A stretch of DNA of 64,000 bases, taken from NCBI GenBank assembly GCA_965226795.1, contig CBDDDZ010000005.1, positions 2,784,001 through 2,848,000 of the forward strand. Direction: 5' to 3'. The stretch's first letter is position 1, and each line of letters starts with the position of its first letter. A program made the translations under genes and the position numbers. The stretch is from Candidatus Latescibacterota bacterium. GTDB lineage: Bacteria; Latescibacterota; UBA2968; GCA-2709665. A model generated the notes under the pieces. That model was not told where the DNA came from. It did not search any database and saw nothing but the letters and a program-made list of their open reading frames with translations. Shown in pieces: positions 19,875 through 29,936 of the stretch.

Positions 19875-20702
19875 ATGGAACTTTCGCTTTCCGTACGTGT
19901 TGCCGAAAGCTTCAGCAACAAACGGGTGGTGGACATACCGCTACCCATCCTTGCGGGCATCGCACGAAGGGCCGGATATGCAGCGCTATGCATGCGTGCC
20001 TCGGTTGTGGGGGTCCGGAGCACTCCGGAAACCGTGAAATCCGCCCGCAATCGACTGAGCAGGGAACGCCTCGCAGTTTCTATGGTCACAGGCGACTTCG
20101 CCGTTCCGGAAAATGGCGACGACGGCCCGGGTTGCCTCCGGGGCATCGCCCCCTACCTCGACCTGGCGCAGGCTCTGGGAAGCGATCTCATTCGCGTCTG
20201 CATCAAGACCGAGGCCGATATCCCATTCGCGCAAAAATCGGCTGACGAGGCCGCCGAACGCAACGTCCGCCTTGCCCACCAGAGCCATACCCTCAGCCTG
20301 TTCGAAACCGTCGAAGGCTCCCTGGATGTCCTCAGGAGAATAGGCAGATCCAACTTCGGACTGATCTACGAACCTGCCAACCTCGCCCTCTGCGGGGAAG
20401 ATTACGGCCCGGACACGCTGCGCAGATTTCAGCCGTACCTGTTCAATGTCTATCTGCAGAACCACGCGCCCGACCCCGATGGCGACCGTCCGATGACCAC
20501 CTGGGCGAACGGTACCGTGATGTCCTCCCTGCGTCCCCTGGATGCTGACGAAGGTATCGACTTCGGCAGCGTTTTCGAGGGGCTGCACGCCATCTCCTAC
20601 AGTGGCTACGTCACCGTTCACCAGGCATTCGGCGGCCGGCTGCCCCCGGACGAAGCCGCCACCCGATCCGCGAAATTCCTCAAGTCGTTCATTGTTCAGT
20701 AG
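19875..20702 (+). CDS. Sugar phosphate isomerase/epimerase (xylose isomerase-like TIM barrel)
   Basis: AGY..L, LA.ALG...IRV, NFGLIYEPAN, G.IDF..VF..L....YSGYVTV. Confidence 0.8.
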   Translation: MELSLSVRVAESFSNKRVVDIPLPILAGIARRAGYAALCMRASVVGVRSTPETVKSARNRLSRERLAVSMVTGDFAVPENGDDGPGCLRGIAPYLDLAQALGSDLIRVCIKTEADIPFAQKSADEAAERNVRLAHQSHTLSLFETVEGSLDVLRRIGRSNFGLIYEPANLALCGEDYGPDTLRRFQPYLFNVYLQNHAPDPDGDRPMTTWANGTVMSSLRPLDADEGIDFGSVFEGLHAISYSGYVTVHQAFGGRLPPDEAATRSAKFLKSFIVQ

Positions 20703-20745
20703 ACGGGTTGCGTCGTTTGGACAGGAACCAAACCGCGAAGGCGGC

Positions 20746-21126
20746 CTAAGCGTCTCGCTCCCGGTCGTATTCCGCGGTGATTTCGTGTCCGATCCCGCCC
20801 CGGACGTTGAACCGGCCGACCACCACCATTTCCACGGGCGCGCATATTAGTACCAGATCGTCCAGAATCCGGTTTGTCAGTTCTTCAAAGAAAACGCCCC
20901 TGTCGCGAAACGATCTGAAGTAGTGCTTGAGGGACTTGAGTTCCACGCACTTCTCGCCCGGCACGTAACGCACCACGATCGTGGCGAAATCCGGCTGCCC
21001 TGTAAGGGGACACAGCGACGTAAATTCCCGGCACGTGAACTCGATGGTGTACCGACGTTCCGGCCGCGGATTCTCGAAGACCTCCAGGATTTCGCTCGCC
21101 TGGCCCTGCAATCCGACGCCCTTCAT
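20746..21126 (-). CDS. queF: NADPH-dependent 7-cyano-7-deazaguanine reductase (unimodular QueF)
   Basis: EFTSLCPLTGQPDFA (catalytic Cys and Asp), ELKSLKHY motif, FNVRGGI. Confidence 0.93.
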   Translation of the reverse strand: MKGVGLQGQASEILEVFENPRPERRYTIEFTCREFTSLCPLTGQPDFATIVVRYVPGEKCVELKSLKHYFRSFRDRGVFFEELTNRILDDLVLICAPVEMVVVGRFNVRGGIGHEITAEYDRERDA

Positions 21127-21147
21127 CTGAAAAGGCAGAACCGGGTT

Positions 21148-21540
21148 CTAGACCCCGGCCTCTGCCGTATCCACGGTTACCGTTGTCGCAATACCCCCTC
21201 GAACCGTGAACTCGACGATCACCACCAATTTCACCGGATGGCACGCCTGAACCAGATCGTCCACGATCCGATTGGCCGCCGCCTCGCATGACAACGCCTC
21301 ATTCCGGTACGTTCCCAAATACTGCTTGAGCGATACGGATTCTATACACCTTGCGCCCGGTACGTACCGAATGGTGACCGTCGCAAAAACCGGTTCATTC
21401 GTCACCGGATAGACGGCCGTGAATTCCGGGAAGACGCACTCGATCGTATACGGCCGGCCCTGTTGGGGGTTTTTAACCGTCTCCAGACCCACCTCGACAC
21501 TCCGTGAACGTGTTCTGACAGACCCGGGCCGGCCCGCCAT
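21148..21540 (-). CDS. QueF-like paralogue lacking catalytic Cys/Asp
   Basis: EFTAVYPVTNEPVFA, IESVSLKQYL, FTVRGGI; colinear with the adjacent QueF. Confidence 0.85.
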   Translation of the reverse strand: MAGRPGSVRTRSRSVEVGLETVKNPQQGRPYTIECVFPEFTAVYPVTNEPVFATVTIRYVPGARCIESVSLKQYLGTYRNEALSCEAAANRIVDDLVQACHPVKLVVIVEFTVRGGIATTVTVDTAEAGV

Positions 21541-21567
21541 TGCGCGGACCCCTCGCCGCCGGCGACA

Positions 21568-22590
21568 TCAAAACCCGGGCACCGCCACGGGCTTACCCGA
21601 ACGTACCGATTCAAAAAGCGCCACACAGATTCCCGCCGTACGGACGGCCTGCTCCAGGTTCACCTGTGGCTCCGTGTCGTTTTCTATAGCCTGAAGCAAG
21701 TCCTCTATCAGCTTCTGCCGGCTGTCCCTGGCATCGTCCGCCACCGCCACGGGCGCCCATTTTCGGCTCTGCAGATCCGAGACCAGGTGGGCGGGAGGGG
21801 CCTGGGCGGTCAGAAACGTCTTCCGCGTGCCGTAAATCTGCACGTTGCGGAAACCGGGCCGGGCCGAACCCATGGTTGTAAACGTCTTGGCCACGCATCC
21901 GTTTTCAAAGCGGATGATACCCACCACGCAATCCGTCACATCCAGGCCGTGCGATCCGGCGGATATCCCGTTGCCGTAAGCCGCCACCTCCAACGCGGGT
22001 GAGTCTACAAGCCACTGGATCACATCCACGGGATGAATGCTGCCGCCGGCCGCCGCGTTATAATTGGGACCAAGCCCGCCGCGCCATCCATCCTGGAACA
22101 GATTCAGATGGTTGGAAATATAATCCGCCTCGGCGTAAAACAGGCGGCCGAACGCACCCGCGTCGACCTGGCGCTTCAACTCCTGAAATGTCACGTCGAA
22201 CCGGATCTGACATCCGTGCGACACCTTCCGCCCCGTTCGGCGGGACGTCTGCGCGATTCTTTCGATATCCTCGAAGGACGTGGCCAGTGGTTTCTCCACG
22301 AGCACGTGCTTCCCGGAGTCCATCATCTCAACGGCCGGGTCGGCGTGCAGATGGTCGGGCGTGCAGATCGACACCACGTCGATGTCGTCCCGCTCGGCCA
22401 TTTCCCGAAAATCCGTATACAGGCGCCGCACCCCATGCGCCTCCCCTACCTTTTCCAGTAGTTCCTCGTTTACGTCGCAGATTGCCGTAACCACCGCACC
22501 GGCTTCCCGGTATGCTGCGATATGCCCGGTGCCCACACCCAGTCCGATCACTGCCGCGTTCAATGCCACTCGCCAGACCTCCTCTGACAT
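21568..22590 (-). CDS. Gfo/Idh/MocA family oxidoreductase
   Basis: VIGLG, DVVSICTPDHLH, GKHVLVEKP, IHPVD. Confidence 0.9.
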   Translation of the reverse strand: MSEEVWRVALNAAVIGLGVGTGHIAAYREAGAVVTAICDVNEELLEKVGEAHGVRRLYTDFREMAERDDIDVVSICTPDHLHADPAVEMMDSGKHVLVEKPLATSFEDIERIAQTSRRTGRKVSHGCQIRFDVTFQELKRQVDAGAFGRLFYAEADYISNHLNLFQDGWRGGLGPNYNAAAGGSIHPVDVIQWLVDSPALEVAAYGNGISAGSHGLDVTDCVVGIIRFENGCVAKTFTTMGSARPGFRNVQIYGTRKTFLTAQAPPAHLVSDLQSRKWAPVAVADDARDSRQKLIEDLLQAIENDTEPQVNLEQAVRTAGICVALFESVRSGKPVAVPGF

Positions 22591-22674
22591 AATCCTCGTG
22601 CACATCTTTCATGGGGTATCGTCACGTACCCATACGCGGCACGACTCCCCGAAGCCTAATGAACCGAGCCGCCC

Positions 22675-23859
22675 TCAACTTCGCCCCGGCACAATCGGAA
22701 CCAGGCTCGCACCGGACGGCCTGGGCGCGCGGGGTCGGATCGGCGGGCGTTCGTACGATCGGTACCGGACATCGAGATGGGGCGTCTCCACCCTCGCATG
22801 CCCCCGGTAACGCGAATCCATCAGCGCATCCAGCGCGCCGCTCACCAGCAACGTACGTTCCACGGGGTACGGCGGTTTACCCGTAAGGTATAGGTCCTGG
22901 ATGTTCCTGCTGAGATAGCTGAAATGGGCGTGCGGATCGCCAGGCAGGAACACCTCCATCCCCCGGACACGGCCAGAAACGCGGCCGGCATATCCGAACC
23001 CTTCCGTGTACCCGTTCAACATCAGGGTCGCCGCCCTCAGACCATCCGCATATTCCAGCAGAAAGACTGCCGGGTGGGGGCAGTGAGCCTCCATCTCGCC
23101 CGAGGCGCTCGCCTCGATATGTTCACGGGCAACGTCTGCAAGCGCGCGGGACCACCGGCCCTCGTTGGCGGCGCGCCACACGGCATCCCCTTCCAGGCAC
23201 TGCACCGCGACGATCCCCGTCTCACCGCCTCGCCTGCGTTCCACCATACACTGCAGCAGTTCAAGCGCGTGGAACCCATAGGAGTCCAGGCCCGAGTACC
23301 CGATTGACAACGCTTCTTCCAGCGGCGCTTCCAGCTCGTACTCGAGATACGGACTTCGCCAGGCCAGCGGCACCGAAGATCCGGCCAAAAACGGCACCTT
23401 CAGCATCATTGCCCGGTCGTACATCCACTTCGAATTCACCCAGTCATAAGCCAGGTGTTTGTCGCTGAATACGGGAACGGACCGGCCGGAAGCGGAAAAC
23501 ACCCCGCACACCTGCTCGAAGAAGAACCGGCGCGGATACATATGCTGCTGTTTTTCATTCCAGGCGTAGTCGCCATGCTCGCCGATGATTAACACGCCGT
23601 CTACCCCCAGTTTCCCGCCGCCGGGCGTCAATGCCTTCGGAATACTGTTGTAGACGGGAACCCCGTGAACCCTGGCCAGTTCGAGGCCCACGTCATTCTC
23701 GTGAACCTGGTCCATATACATGGAAGCGATTTCCACCTGCGGCGGTATCAACCCGTCATCCGACGGAAATCCCTTCAGAAACTTCGTTACGATGACGTCG
23801 GCGTGGGAACGTGGATAATACGTTGTGACAATTGCCGCGATCTTCTTGAGTCCGGTCAT
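22675..23859 (-). CDS. Conserved hypothetical protein (possible Gfo/Idh/MocA-like fold)
   Basis: Long ORF with natural composition: SHADVI, VDGVLIIGEHGDY, PVFSDKHL, AGSSVP, YGFHALE, PYPVERTLL; start at ATG 23859. Confidence 0.75.
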   Translation of the reverse strand: MTGLKKIAAIVTTYYPRSHADVIVTKFLKGFPSDDGLIPPQVEIASMYMDQVHENDVGLELARVHGVPVYNSIPKALTPGGGKLGVDGVLIIGEHGDYAWNEKQQHMYPRRFFFEQVCGVFSASGRSVPVFSDKHLAYDWVNSKWMYDRAMMLKVPFLAGSSVPLAWRSPYLEYELEAPLEEALSIGYSGLDSYGFHALELLQCMVERRRGGETGIVAVQCLEGDAVWRAANEGRWSRALADVAREHIEASASGEMEAHCPHPAVFLLEYADGLRAATLMLNGYTEGFGYAGRVSGRVRGMEVFLPGDPHAHFSYLSRNIQDLYLTGKPPYPVERTLLVSGALDALMDSRYRGHARVETPHLDVRYRSYERPPIRPRAPRPSGASLVPIVPGRS

Positions 23860-24146
23860 GGGAAACCGCCTTTCGACACAATAGGCGAACACGAGGTCCG
23901 CCTTTGCCGGAGCCACTCCTGGCATGGCGCACCGCCTCGGGAACATGGAGCGGGACGAATATCCCCGGTTCCTTCGCCCAAGACGCGGGGCAAATATGGT
24001 AAGCGCCCGAATCGATGTCAAGGCGAAATGAACTTCCCTGATCCGAGACAATGCCCGGGATATCCGGCTTGATTTTCGAACATGGATCTTCTATTTTGGA
24101 TGACGGAAGACAGGGCAACGTACAACGATCCACAGGGGCGCTCGAC

Positions 24147-25337
24147 ATGGTCTATGCCGGCATGAAATCATGGTTACAGGACGAATTACAGTCCATCCGG
24201 GAAAACGGCTTCTACAAGACGGAAAAACAGATCGCCACGCCCCAGCACACGCGGATCGAAACCGTGGAAGGTGAAGCGATCAACTTCTGCGCCAATAACT
24301 ACCTTGGCTTCGCCAACCACCAGGAGATCGTGGACGCGGCCGCCGACGCGTTGAACGAATTCGGATACGGCCTGGCTTCGGTGCGCTTCATCTGCGGCAC
24401 CCAGACCCTGCACAAGACCCTGGAAGGCCGTATCTCCCGGTTTCTGAATACAGATGACACCATGCTTTACACGTCCTGCTTCGACGCCAACGCGGGGCTG
24501 TTCGAGGCCCTGCTCGGCCCTGAAGACGCCGTGATCAGCGACGCGCTCAACCATGCCAGCATTATCGACGGTATCCGGCTCTGCAGGGCGCGGCGCAGCA
24601 TTTATCCTCATGCCGACATGTCGCGCCTCGAAGCCCTGCTTAAGGACGCGGCGGACGCCCGGTTCCGCATGATAGCCACGGACGGCGTGTTTTCCATGCA
24701 CGGCGCCGTAGCGCCCCTGAACGAGATCTGCCGCCTCGCGGACGCCCACGACGCGCTCGTGATGGTGGACGACTCCCACGCGACCGGCTTTCTGGGGGCT
24801 AACGGCAGGGGCACCCCCGAATTGTGCGGCGTTGAAGACCGAATCGATATCCTCACCAGTACGCTCGGAAAGGCCCTGGGCGGCGCCTCCGGCGGATTCA
24901 CGACGGGCCGCGGGGAAATTATCGAGTATCTGCGACAGCGCTCCCGCCCCTACCTCTTCTCCAATAGCCTGGCGCCGTCCATTGCAGCGGGCGGATTGAA
25001 AGCGCTGGATCTCGTACAGACGCGGCCGGAATATCGACGGACGCTAATGCAGAACACCGGGTACTTCAGGAAGACAATGCGTGAACGCGGCTTCCACATC
25101 CCGGAGGGCATCCACCCCATCGTCCCTATTATGCTCGGCGACGAACAACAGACCGCGCGCATGGCCCACGCCATGAATGAACGCGGCATCTTCGTCGTGG
25201 GCTTCAGCTATCCGGTGGTCCCCAGGGGCGAGGCCCGCATCCGCGTCCAGATCTCCGCGGCCCACACCCGACGTCAGCTGGACCGCGCCATCGATACCTT
25301 TGTGGAAGTCGGAAAACCCCTCGGCGTCGTTCAATAA
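24147..25337 (+). CDS. kbl: Glycine C-acetyltransferase (2-amino-3-ketobutyrate CoA ligase)
   Basis: [58 protein letters not shown]. Confidence 0.95.
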   Translation: MVYAGMKSWLQDELQSIRENGFYKTEKQIATPQHTRIETVEGEAINFCANNYLGFANHQEIVDAAADALNEFGYGLASVRFICGTQTLHKTLEGRISRFLNTDDTMLYTSCFDANAGLFEALLGPEDAVISDALNHASIIDGIRLCRARRSIYPHADMSRLEALLKDAADARFRMIATDGVFSMHGAVAPLNEICRLADAHDALVMVDDSHATGFLGANGRGTPELCGVEDRIDILTSTLGKALGGASGGFTTGRGEIIEYLRQRSRPYLFSNSLAPSIAAGGLKALDLVQTRPEYRRTLMQNTGYFRKTMRERGFHIPEGIHPIVPIMLGDEQQTARMAHAMNERGIFVVGFSYPVVPRGEARIRVQISAAHTRRQLDRAIDTFVEVGKPLGVVQ

Positions 25338-25417
25338 TGACCTTCTCTCTCGATTCCGACAACGGACGCAGGTGCGGCCGCTCGGGCGGCCGCCCGCAAC
25401 TATAAGAGGACACGCAA

Positions 25418-26185
25418 ATGGACACGGCCCAGCAGCAACCCCTCCAGGACCGCATCGCCATCGTAACCGGGGCGGGACAGGGCATCGGCCGGGCGGTTGC
25501 CCGGACCCTGGCGAGACGCGGTGCCCACCTCGTGGTCAACGACCTCGACGAGTCCAACGCCGAACGCACGGCCGACGAACTGAGTTCGTCGTTCACCAGA
25601 GCCTTCCACTTTCAGGCCGATGTCACCGATGCTCCAGGGGTTCAGGCCATGGTCGACTGGACGGCGGATACCTTTGGCGCCGTCCACATCCTGGTCAACA
25701 ACGCCGGCATCCTCTTTCCAACCAGCGTCATCGACATCGACGAAGACGAATGGGATCGAGTGATCGACGTCAATCTCAAGGGCGCCTTTCTCTGTTCCAA
25801 GGCTGTACTCCCCCACATGCGGGACGCCGGTTGGGGCCGAATCGTCAATTTCTCATCCACCGCCGGCAAGAATATCAGTACCGTGGGCGGCGCACACTAC
25901 ACTGCCGCCAAGGCCGGCGTGCTGGGATTCACCCGCCACCTGGCCAGGGAGGTCGCGGCCTTCAACATTACCGTAAATGCCGTTTGCCCCGGCCTGATCG
26001 ATACCGAAATGGTTCGCGGTACCATCGACGACGACCGTACGCGCGCCTATGCGCGGAGCTTTCCCATCCCCCGCCTGGGCAGACCGGAAGAAGTGGCCGA
26101 CCTTGTGGCCTTTCTCGCCTCCGACCAGGCCGCCTACATTACCGGCGCGTCGCTGGACATCAACGGCGGAGATCTGATGATATAA
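25418..26185 (+). CDS. SDR family oxidoreductase (FabG-like)
   Basis: TGAGQGIG, NNAG, YTAAK, VNAVCPG, YITG..L.INGG. Confidence 0.92.
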   Translation: MDTAQQQPLQDRIAIVTGAGQGIGRAVARTLARRGAHLVVNDLDESNAERTADELSSSFTRAFHFQADVTDAPGVQAMVDWTADTFGAVHILVNNAGILFPTSVIDIDEDEWDRVIDVNLKGAFLCSKAVLPHMRDAGWGRIVNFSSTAGKNISTVGGAHYTAAKAGVLGFTRHLAREVAAFNITVNAVCPGLIDTEMVRGTIDDDRTRAYARSFPIPRLGRPEEVADLVAFLASDQAAYITGASLDINGGDLMI

Positions 26186-26217
26186 GGTTTCACACGGCTT
26201 CCAGGAGAATTCACGGA

Positions 26218-27378
26218 ATGCGGATCGAGGGCGTAAGAACCGTTCTGGTTCATCCGGGCAGCGCGAAAAACTGGCTTTTTGTCAAACTGGAAACCGACGC
26301 GGGCATCCACGGATGGGGCGAGGCCTATACCCAGCACGACAGGGACCGGAGCATTCAGGTTCACGTGGAAGAACTGGGGCGCTACCTGATCGGACGGTCT
26401 CCGTTCGACATCAAGCATTTCACGTACGTGGCCTATACGGACTTCGCGAGCAAACGGGGCGCGATGGATCTCTACGCCGCCATCAGCGCCATTGAACAGG
26501 CCATGTGGGATGTTGTGGGCAAATCCCTGAACCAGCCCGTCTACAACCTGCTCGGCGGCGCCTGCAGGACAAGGATCAAGGTCTACGCCAATGGCTGGGG
26601 AAGCTGGTACGATCCCGGCAAGGGTACGGAGCAACTCGCCGAGCGGGCCGCTTCAGTGGTTGCGCGTGGGTTCACCGCGCTCAAGTTCGACCCCTTTCCG
26701 GGCCCCTGGCGCAGCATTATTGACAAGAAGGACGAGCAAACCGCCGTGGACCGGGTCCGGGCCGTACGCGAGGCCGTGGGCCCGGACGTGGATATCCTGG
26801 TCGAAGTGCACCGCAGGCTCTCGCCCGCACACGCAATCCGGGTCGCGCGCCTTATGGAACCCTTCGATCCATTCTGGTACGAGGAACCCGTTTCCTCCCG
26901 CGACCCTGGTGGTCTGGCAGAAGCCAAACGGAACATCCGCATCCCGGTTGTCACCGGCGAGGAACTCTACACAAAGACCGAATTCCGCGACGTCTTCGAG
27001 CAACGCGCGGCCGACATCATCAACCCGGACGTCTGTAACTGCGGCGGCATTCTGGAACTCCGTGAAATCGCGGCCATGGCCGAACCCTGGCACATCGCGG
27101 TCTCGCCTCACAACTACAACAGCACCACGGTGGGGCTGGCCGCCACAATGCAGGCCGCAGCCGGAATGCCCAACTTTCTGATTACCGAATACTTCGTGAA
27201 TTTTGAACCCGCGGGAAATGAAATCGCCGTCGATCCGTTCGTCGTCAAAGACGGTTACATCACGCTTCCCACCTCCCCCGGCCTGGGCATCGACCTGAAC
27301 GAGGACGCGCTCGCCGAACATCCTTTCCGGCGGTTCCCCAACCGCAACCTACGGCATCCGAGAGACGAAGGGCCGTAG
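26218..27378 (+). CDS. Galactonate dehydratase-like enolase superfamily protein
   Basis: NWLFVKLETD.GI.GWGE, VYANGW, ALKFDPF, EVHRR, YEEP, TGE, PHN, PGLGI. Confidence 0.88.
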   Translation: MRIEGVRTVLVHPGSAKNWLFVKLETDAGIHGWGEAYTQHDRDRSIQVHVEELGRYLIGRSPFDIKHFTYVAYTDFASKRGAMDLYAAISAIEQAMWDVVGKSLNQPVYNLLGGACRTRIKVYANGWGSWYDPGKGTEQLAERAASVVARGFTALKFDPFPGPWRSIIDKKDEQTAVDRVRAVREAVGPDVDILVEVHRRLSPAHAIRVARLMEPFDPFWYEEPVSSRDPGGLAEAKRNIRIPVVTGEELYTKTEFRDVFEQRAADIINPDVCNCGGILELREIAAMAEPWHIAVSPHNYNSTTVGLAATMQAAAGMPNFLITEYFVNFEPAGNEIAVDPFVVKDGYITLPTSPGLGIDLNEDALAEHPFRRFPNRNLRHPRDEGP

Positions 27379-27441
27379 TCTTTGCAGGACGCGATAGGAT
27401 AGTCTCACCCAGTTCATTTATTCACGTGACGGAGGTAACAA

Positions 27442-28548
27442 ATGACTCATGACGATGTACGACAGAGACTTGAGGCGCTGGAAGTTAAGTTACGCTGGCA
27501 GAAGCGGGCGATTGCAGGGATGCTCGTTGTATTCCTCTTCAGTGCGTCGCCCGCTTTGACCCAGGCATCAAAGTGGTTTAACCGGATGCTTCCGGCAAAG
27601 GTGGCATCGCTCAGCCTACGTCACGGCACGACGCCGGGCGACGTGCGGTTTGGCGATCTTTCGCCAGACCGGGCCGACCTCCCGTTACCAGAGACCGGGT
27701 TCGGTGGACTGAGCAAGATCGCTCCGGAGCAAATCATCGATGCGGGTGACACGTTGCGGGTCGGCGCACTTCACATTGTAAATGCAAGCGGGGCGGTCGT
27801 CGCAGCCATCGGGTCGAGTGAGTCTGGAGCAGGTTCGCTGTTGGTTTCAAACAGAAATGGGAATGTGGTTTCCGTTGTGGGCGTAGATCAGAGGGGGCAC
27901 GGCAGGATGGGGGTCCTCAATACGGCCGGTCGGCTCGCGGCCGGCATGGGCGCCGATCCGTCGGACGACGCCAACGGCTGGGTCGAGATACAAAGCAACT
28001 CAGGATCGGCTGCCGGATTCGGCGTCAATGAGGGCGGAAATGCGGTGATTGCGGCCTTCAACAGGGATGGCAAGCTGGTTTCAGGGATGGGTATCAACAA
28101 CAATGGTCACGGCGCTCTCACGATCGCGAATGCGGCCGGGGGGGCCGTTAATGCGCTCTCCGTCGACGGTGCCGGAGACGGCGTGATGATTATGGGCAAC
28201 CGGAACGGCGATGCGGTTTCAATAATGGGCGCGAATGAGAACGGACACGGTATCATCGGGTTCAAGAATGCGTCCGAGCGGGTTGTGGTCGGCATGGGGG
28301 CCGACTCGACGGGCGTTGGGGTGCTGAGTATTGAAGGGGGCAGGTTCAGGGCCTTTGTCGACGGTAACGGCAGCGGAGTGGCGGAAACCCTGGGGAACGA
28401 TGGAAATCAGCGCTGGTCCTCTGAAGCGGCCCCCGTTGGGGACACCGGCACGTCGACCGGGCTGATCGGGGATTTCGACGGGGACGGCGACGTGGATTTC
28501 AACGACTTCGTCACATTCGCCGGGAACTTTGGCAAGACGAGCGGGTAG
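27442..28548 (+). CDS. Membrane-anchored/exported beta-repeat protein with a single C-terminal EF-hand (half-dockerin)
   Basis: GGAGG RBS; N-terminal coiled coil plus hydrophobic helix; ~10 Gly/Asn-rich ~23-aa repeats; GDFDGDGDVDFNDFVTFAGNFGK. Confidence 0.8.
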   Translation: MTHDDVRQRLEALEVKLRWQKRAIAGMLVVFLFSASPALTQASKWFNRMLPAKVASLSLRHGTTPGDVRFGDLSPDRADLPLPETGFGGLSKIAPEQIIDAGDTLRVGALHIVNASGAVVAAIGSSESGAGSLLVSNRNGNVVSVVGVDQRGHGRMGVLNTAGRLAAGMGADPSDDANGWVEIQSNSGSAAGFGVNEGGNAVIAAFNRDGKLVSGMGINNNGHGALTIANAAGGAVNALSVDGAGDGVMIMGNRNGDAVSIMGANENGHGIIGFKNASERVVVGMGADSTGVGVLSIEGGRFRAFVDGNGSGVAETLGNDGNQRWSSEAAPVGDTGTSTGLIGDFDGDGDVDFNDFVTFAGNFGKTSG

Positions 28549-28796
28549 GGACCGCGCATTTCGACAAGCCGCCCCGGATGGCGACCCCTCCCCGGTGCGG
28601 GTAGGGGAGGTATGATCCCGTCCGTCGGCAGGCACGCTCAGAAAAAGGCCAACTAAAGAGACTTGTGTGAGATGGTGGCGGTTAGCCGCCTTGACCCCTC
28701 GCATGAAGAACTATATCTCAGCAATCCGAAGTCCTCACCGCCGCAAACGCCCGTTTCCTGCCGCGCTTTGCGGCCTATCAATTTGGGAGAAAGGCA

Positions 28797-29933
28797 ATGA
28801 ATCCACTTGAAGAACGATTGAATCGATTGGAGACGCGTGTAACGCGCTATCGCAATTTCAACGTCTTATTGTGTCTGCTCCTCGTAACCGTTGTCACGGT
28901 TGCCGCAAGAGAGGGCGTATCTCCATTTCAGGCGAAGTCAAACCCTGAATCGATCCCGATGCCTGAAGGCGACGTGCGAATTCCTGATTTACCGGACCGT
29001 GGCATAGATGCTGTAATGCATCCGCAGGTACGGAGCGCGGGGAAAATGGCTGCGCAGACGCAGGGTGTGATTCGCGCGACAGGACTAGAGATCGTAAACA
29101 GCGATGGACAAGCGGTTGTTGAACTGGGACCCAGCACCGCGGGTGGTGGGCTTATCTTCGTCAATTCAGCGGAAGACAAGAACCTGGTTTATATTGGATC
29201 GTCAGTGTCGAACGGCAATGGATTAATTCACGTCAACTCGACAAATGAAAAGAACCTGGTTGCTTTGGGTTCAGATTCCGAAACAGGAGACGGGCAGATT
29301 GCCATTAGAAATAGAAACGAAGAGCGTTTGATCAGTTTGAACACTTCCGAGAAAAATGGGTGGATAAGAGTCGAGAAAAACGGTAATGAGAATTTGGCGT
29401 ATCTGGGCGCAAACACTTCGGGTAATGGGGGTTTGTGGCTATATAATGAATCGGGAAAACGCCTGGTGGCAATGGAAACGGGCGAGATTTCTGGCCGTCT
29501 GTGGTTGTCAAATAGCAGCGACAAGACCATTGCCTATCTGGGGACGGACGTTGGCGGTGAGGGGTTATTGAAAATCAACTCCAAGACAGGAACGGAGCTA
29601 ATTACAGCGGGTTCAAATACATCAGATGACGGATTAATCAGGGTAAGCAATCGTTATGGCACCGTCGGCGTTGTATTCATTGCCGAAAACGAACAGGGAT
29701 ATGTCGGGATACAGAATGCCCAGGAGAGGCTGCTTGCAGACCTGACAGCGACGGCGGGCGGCGACGGGCTTGTTCGCACGTTGTCCAGGCAGGGTATCAC
29801 GACCTGGTCAAGCACATCTGTTCAGGGCAACACGGGGTCGACGTCGTCTTTAAGGGGTGATATGGACAATGATGGCGATATTGATGGGGATGATTTCCTT
29901 ATCTTCTCTGAAAATTTCGGCAAGAAACGGTGA
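28797..29933 (+). CDS. Paralogous membrane-anchored beta-repeat protein with a single C-terminal EF-hand
   Basis: LEERLNRLE coiled coil plus TM helix; ~11 repeats; GDMDNDGDIDGDDFLIFSENFGK. Confidence 0.8.
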   Translation: MNPLEERLNRLETRVTRYRNFNVLLCLLLVTVVTVAAREGVSPFQAKSNPESIPMPEGDVRIPDLPDRGIDAVMHPQVRSAGKMAAQTQGVIRATGLEIVNSDGQAVVELGPSTAGGGLIFVNSAEDKNLVYIGSSVSNGNGLIHVNSTNEKNLVALGSDSETGDGQIAIRNRNEERLISLNTSEKNGWIRVEKNGNENLAYLGANTSGNGGLWLYNESGKRLVAMETGEISGRLWLSNSSDKTIAYLGTDVGGEGLLKINSKTGTELITAGSNTSDDGLIRVSNRYGTVGVVFIAENEQGYVGIQNAQERLLADLTATAGGDGLVRTLSRQGITTWSSTSVQGNTGSTSSLRGDMDNDGDIDGDDFLIFSENFGKKR

Positions 29934-29936
29934 TCG

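Noticed and set aside
25177..26217. N-terminal 347 aa of the 733-aa ORF as a fusion to the dehydratase
   Set aside because: Arg/Pro-rich alternative frame overlapping kbl and the SDR gene; the real start is ATG 26218
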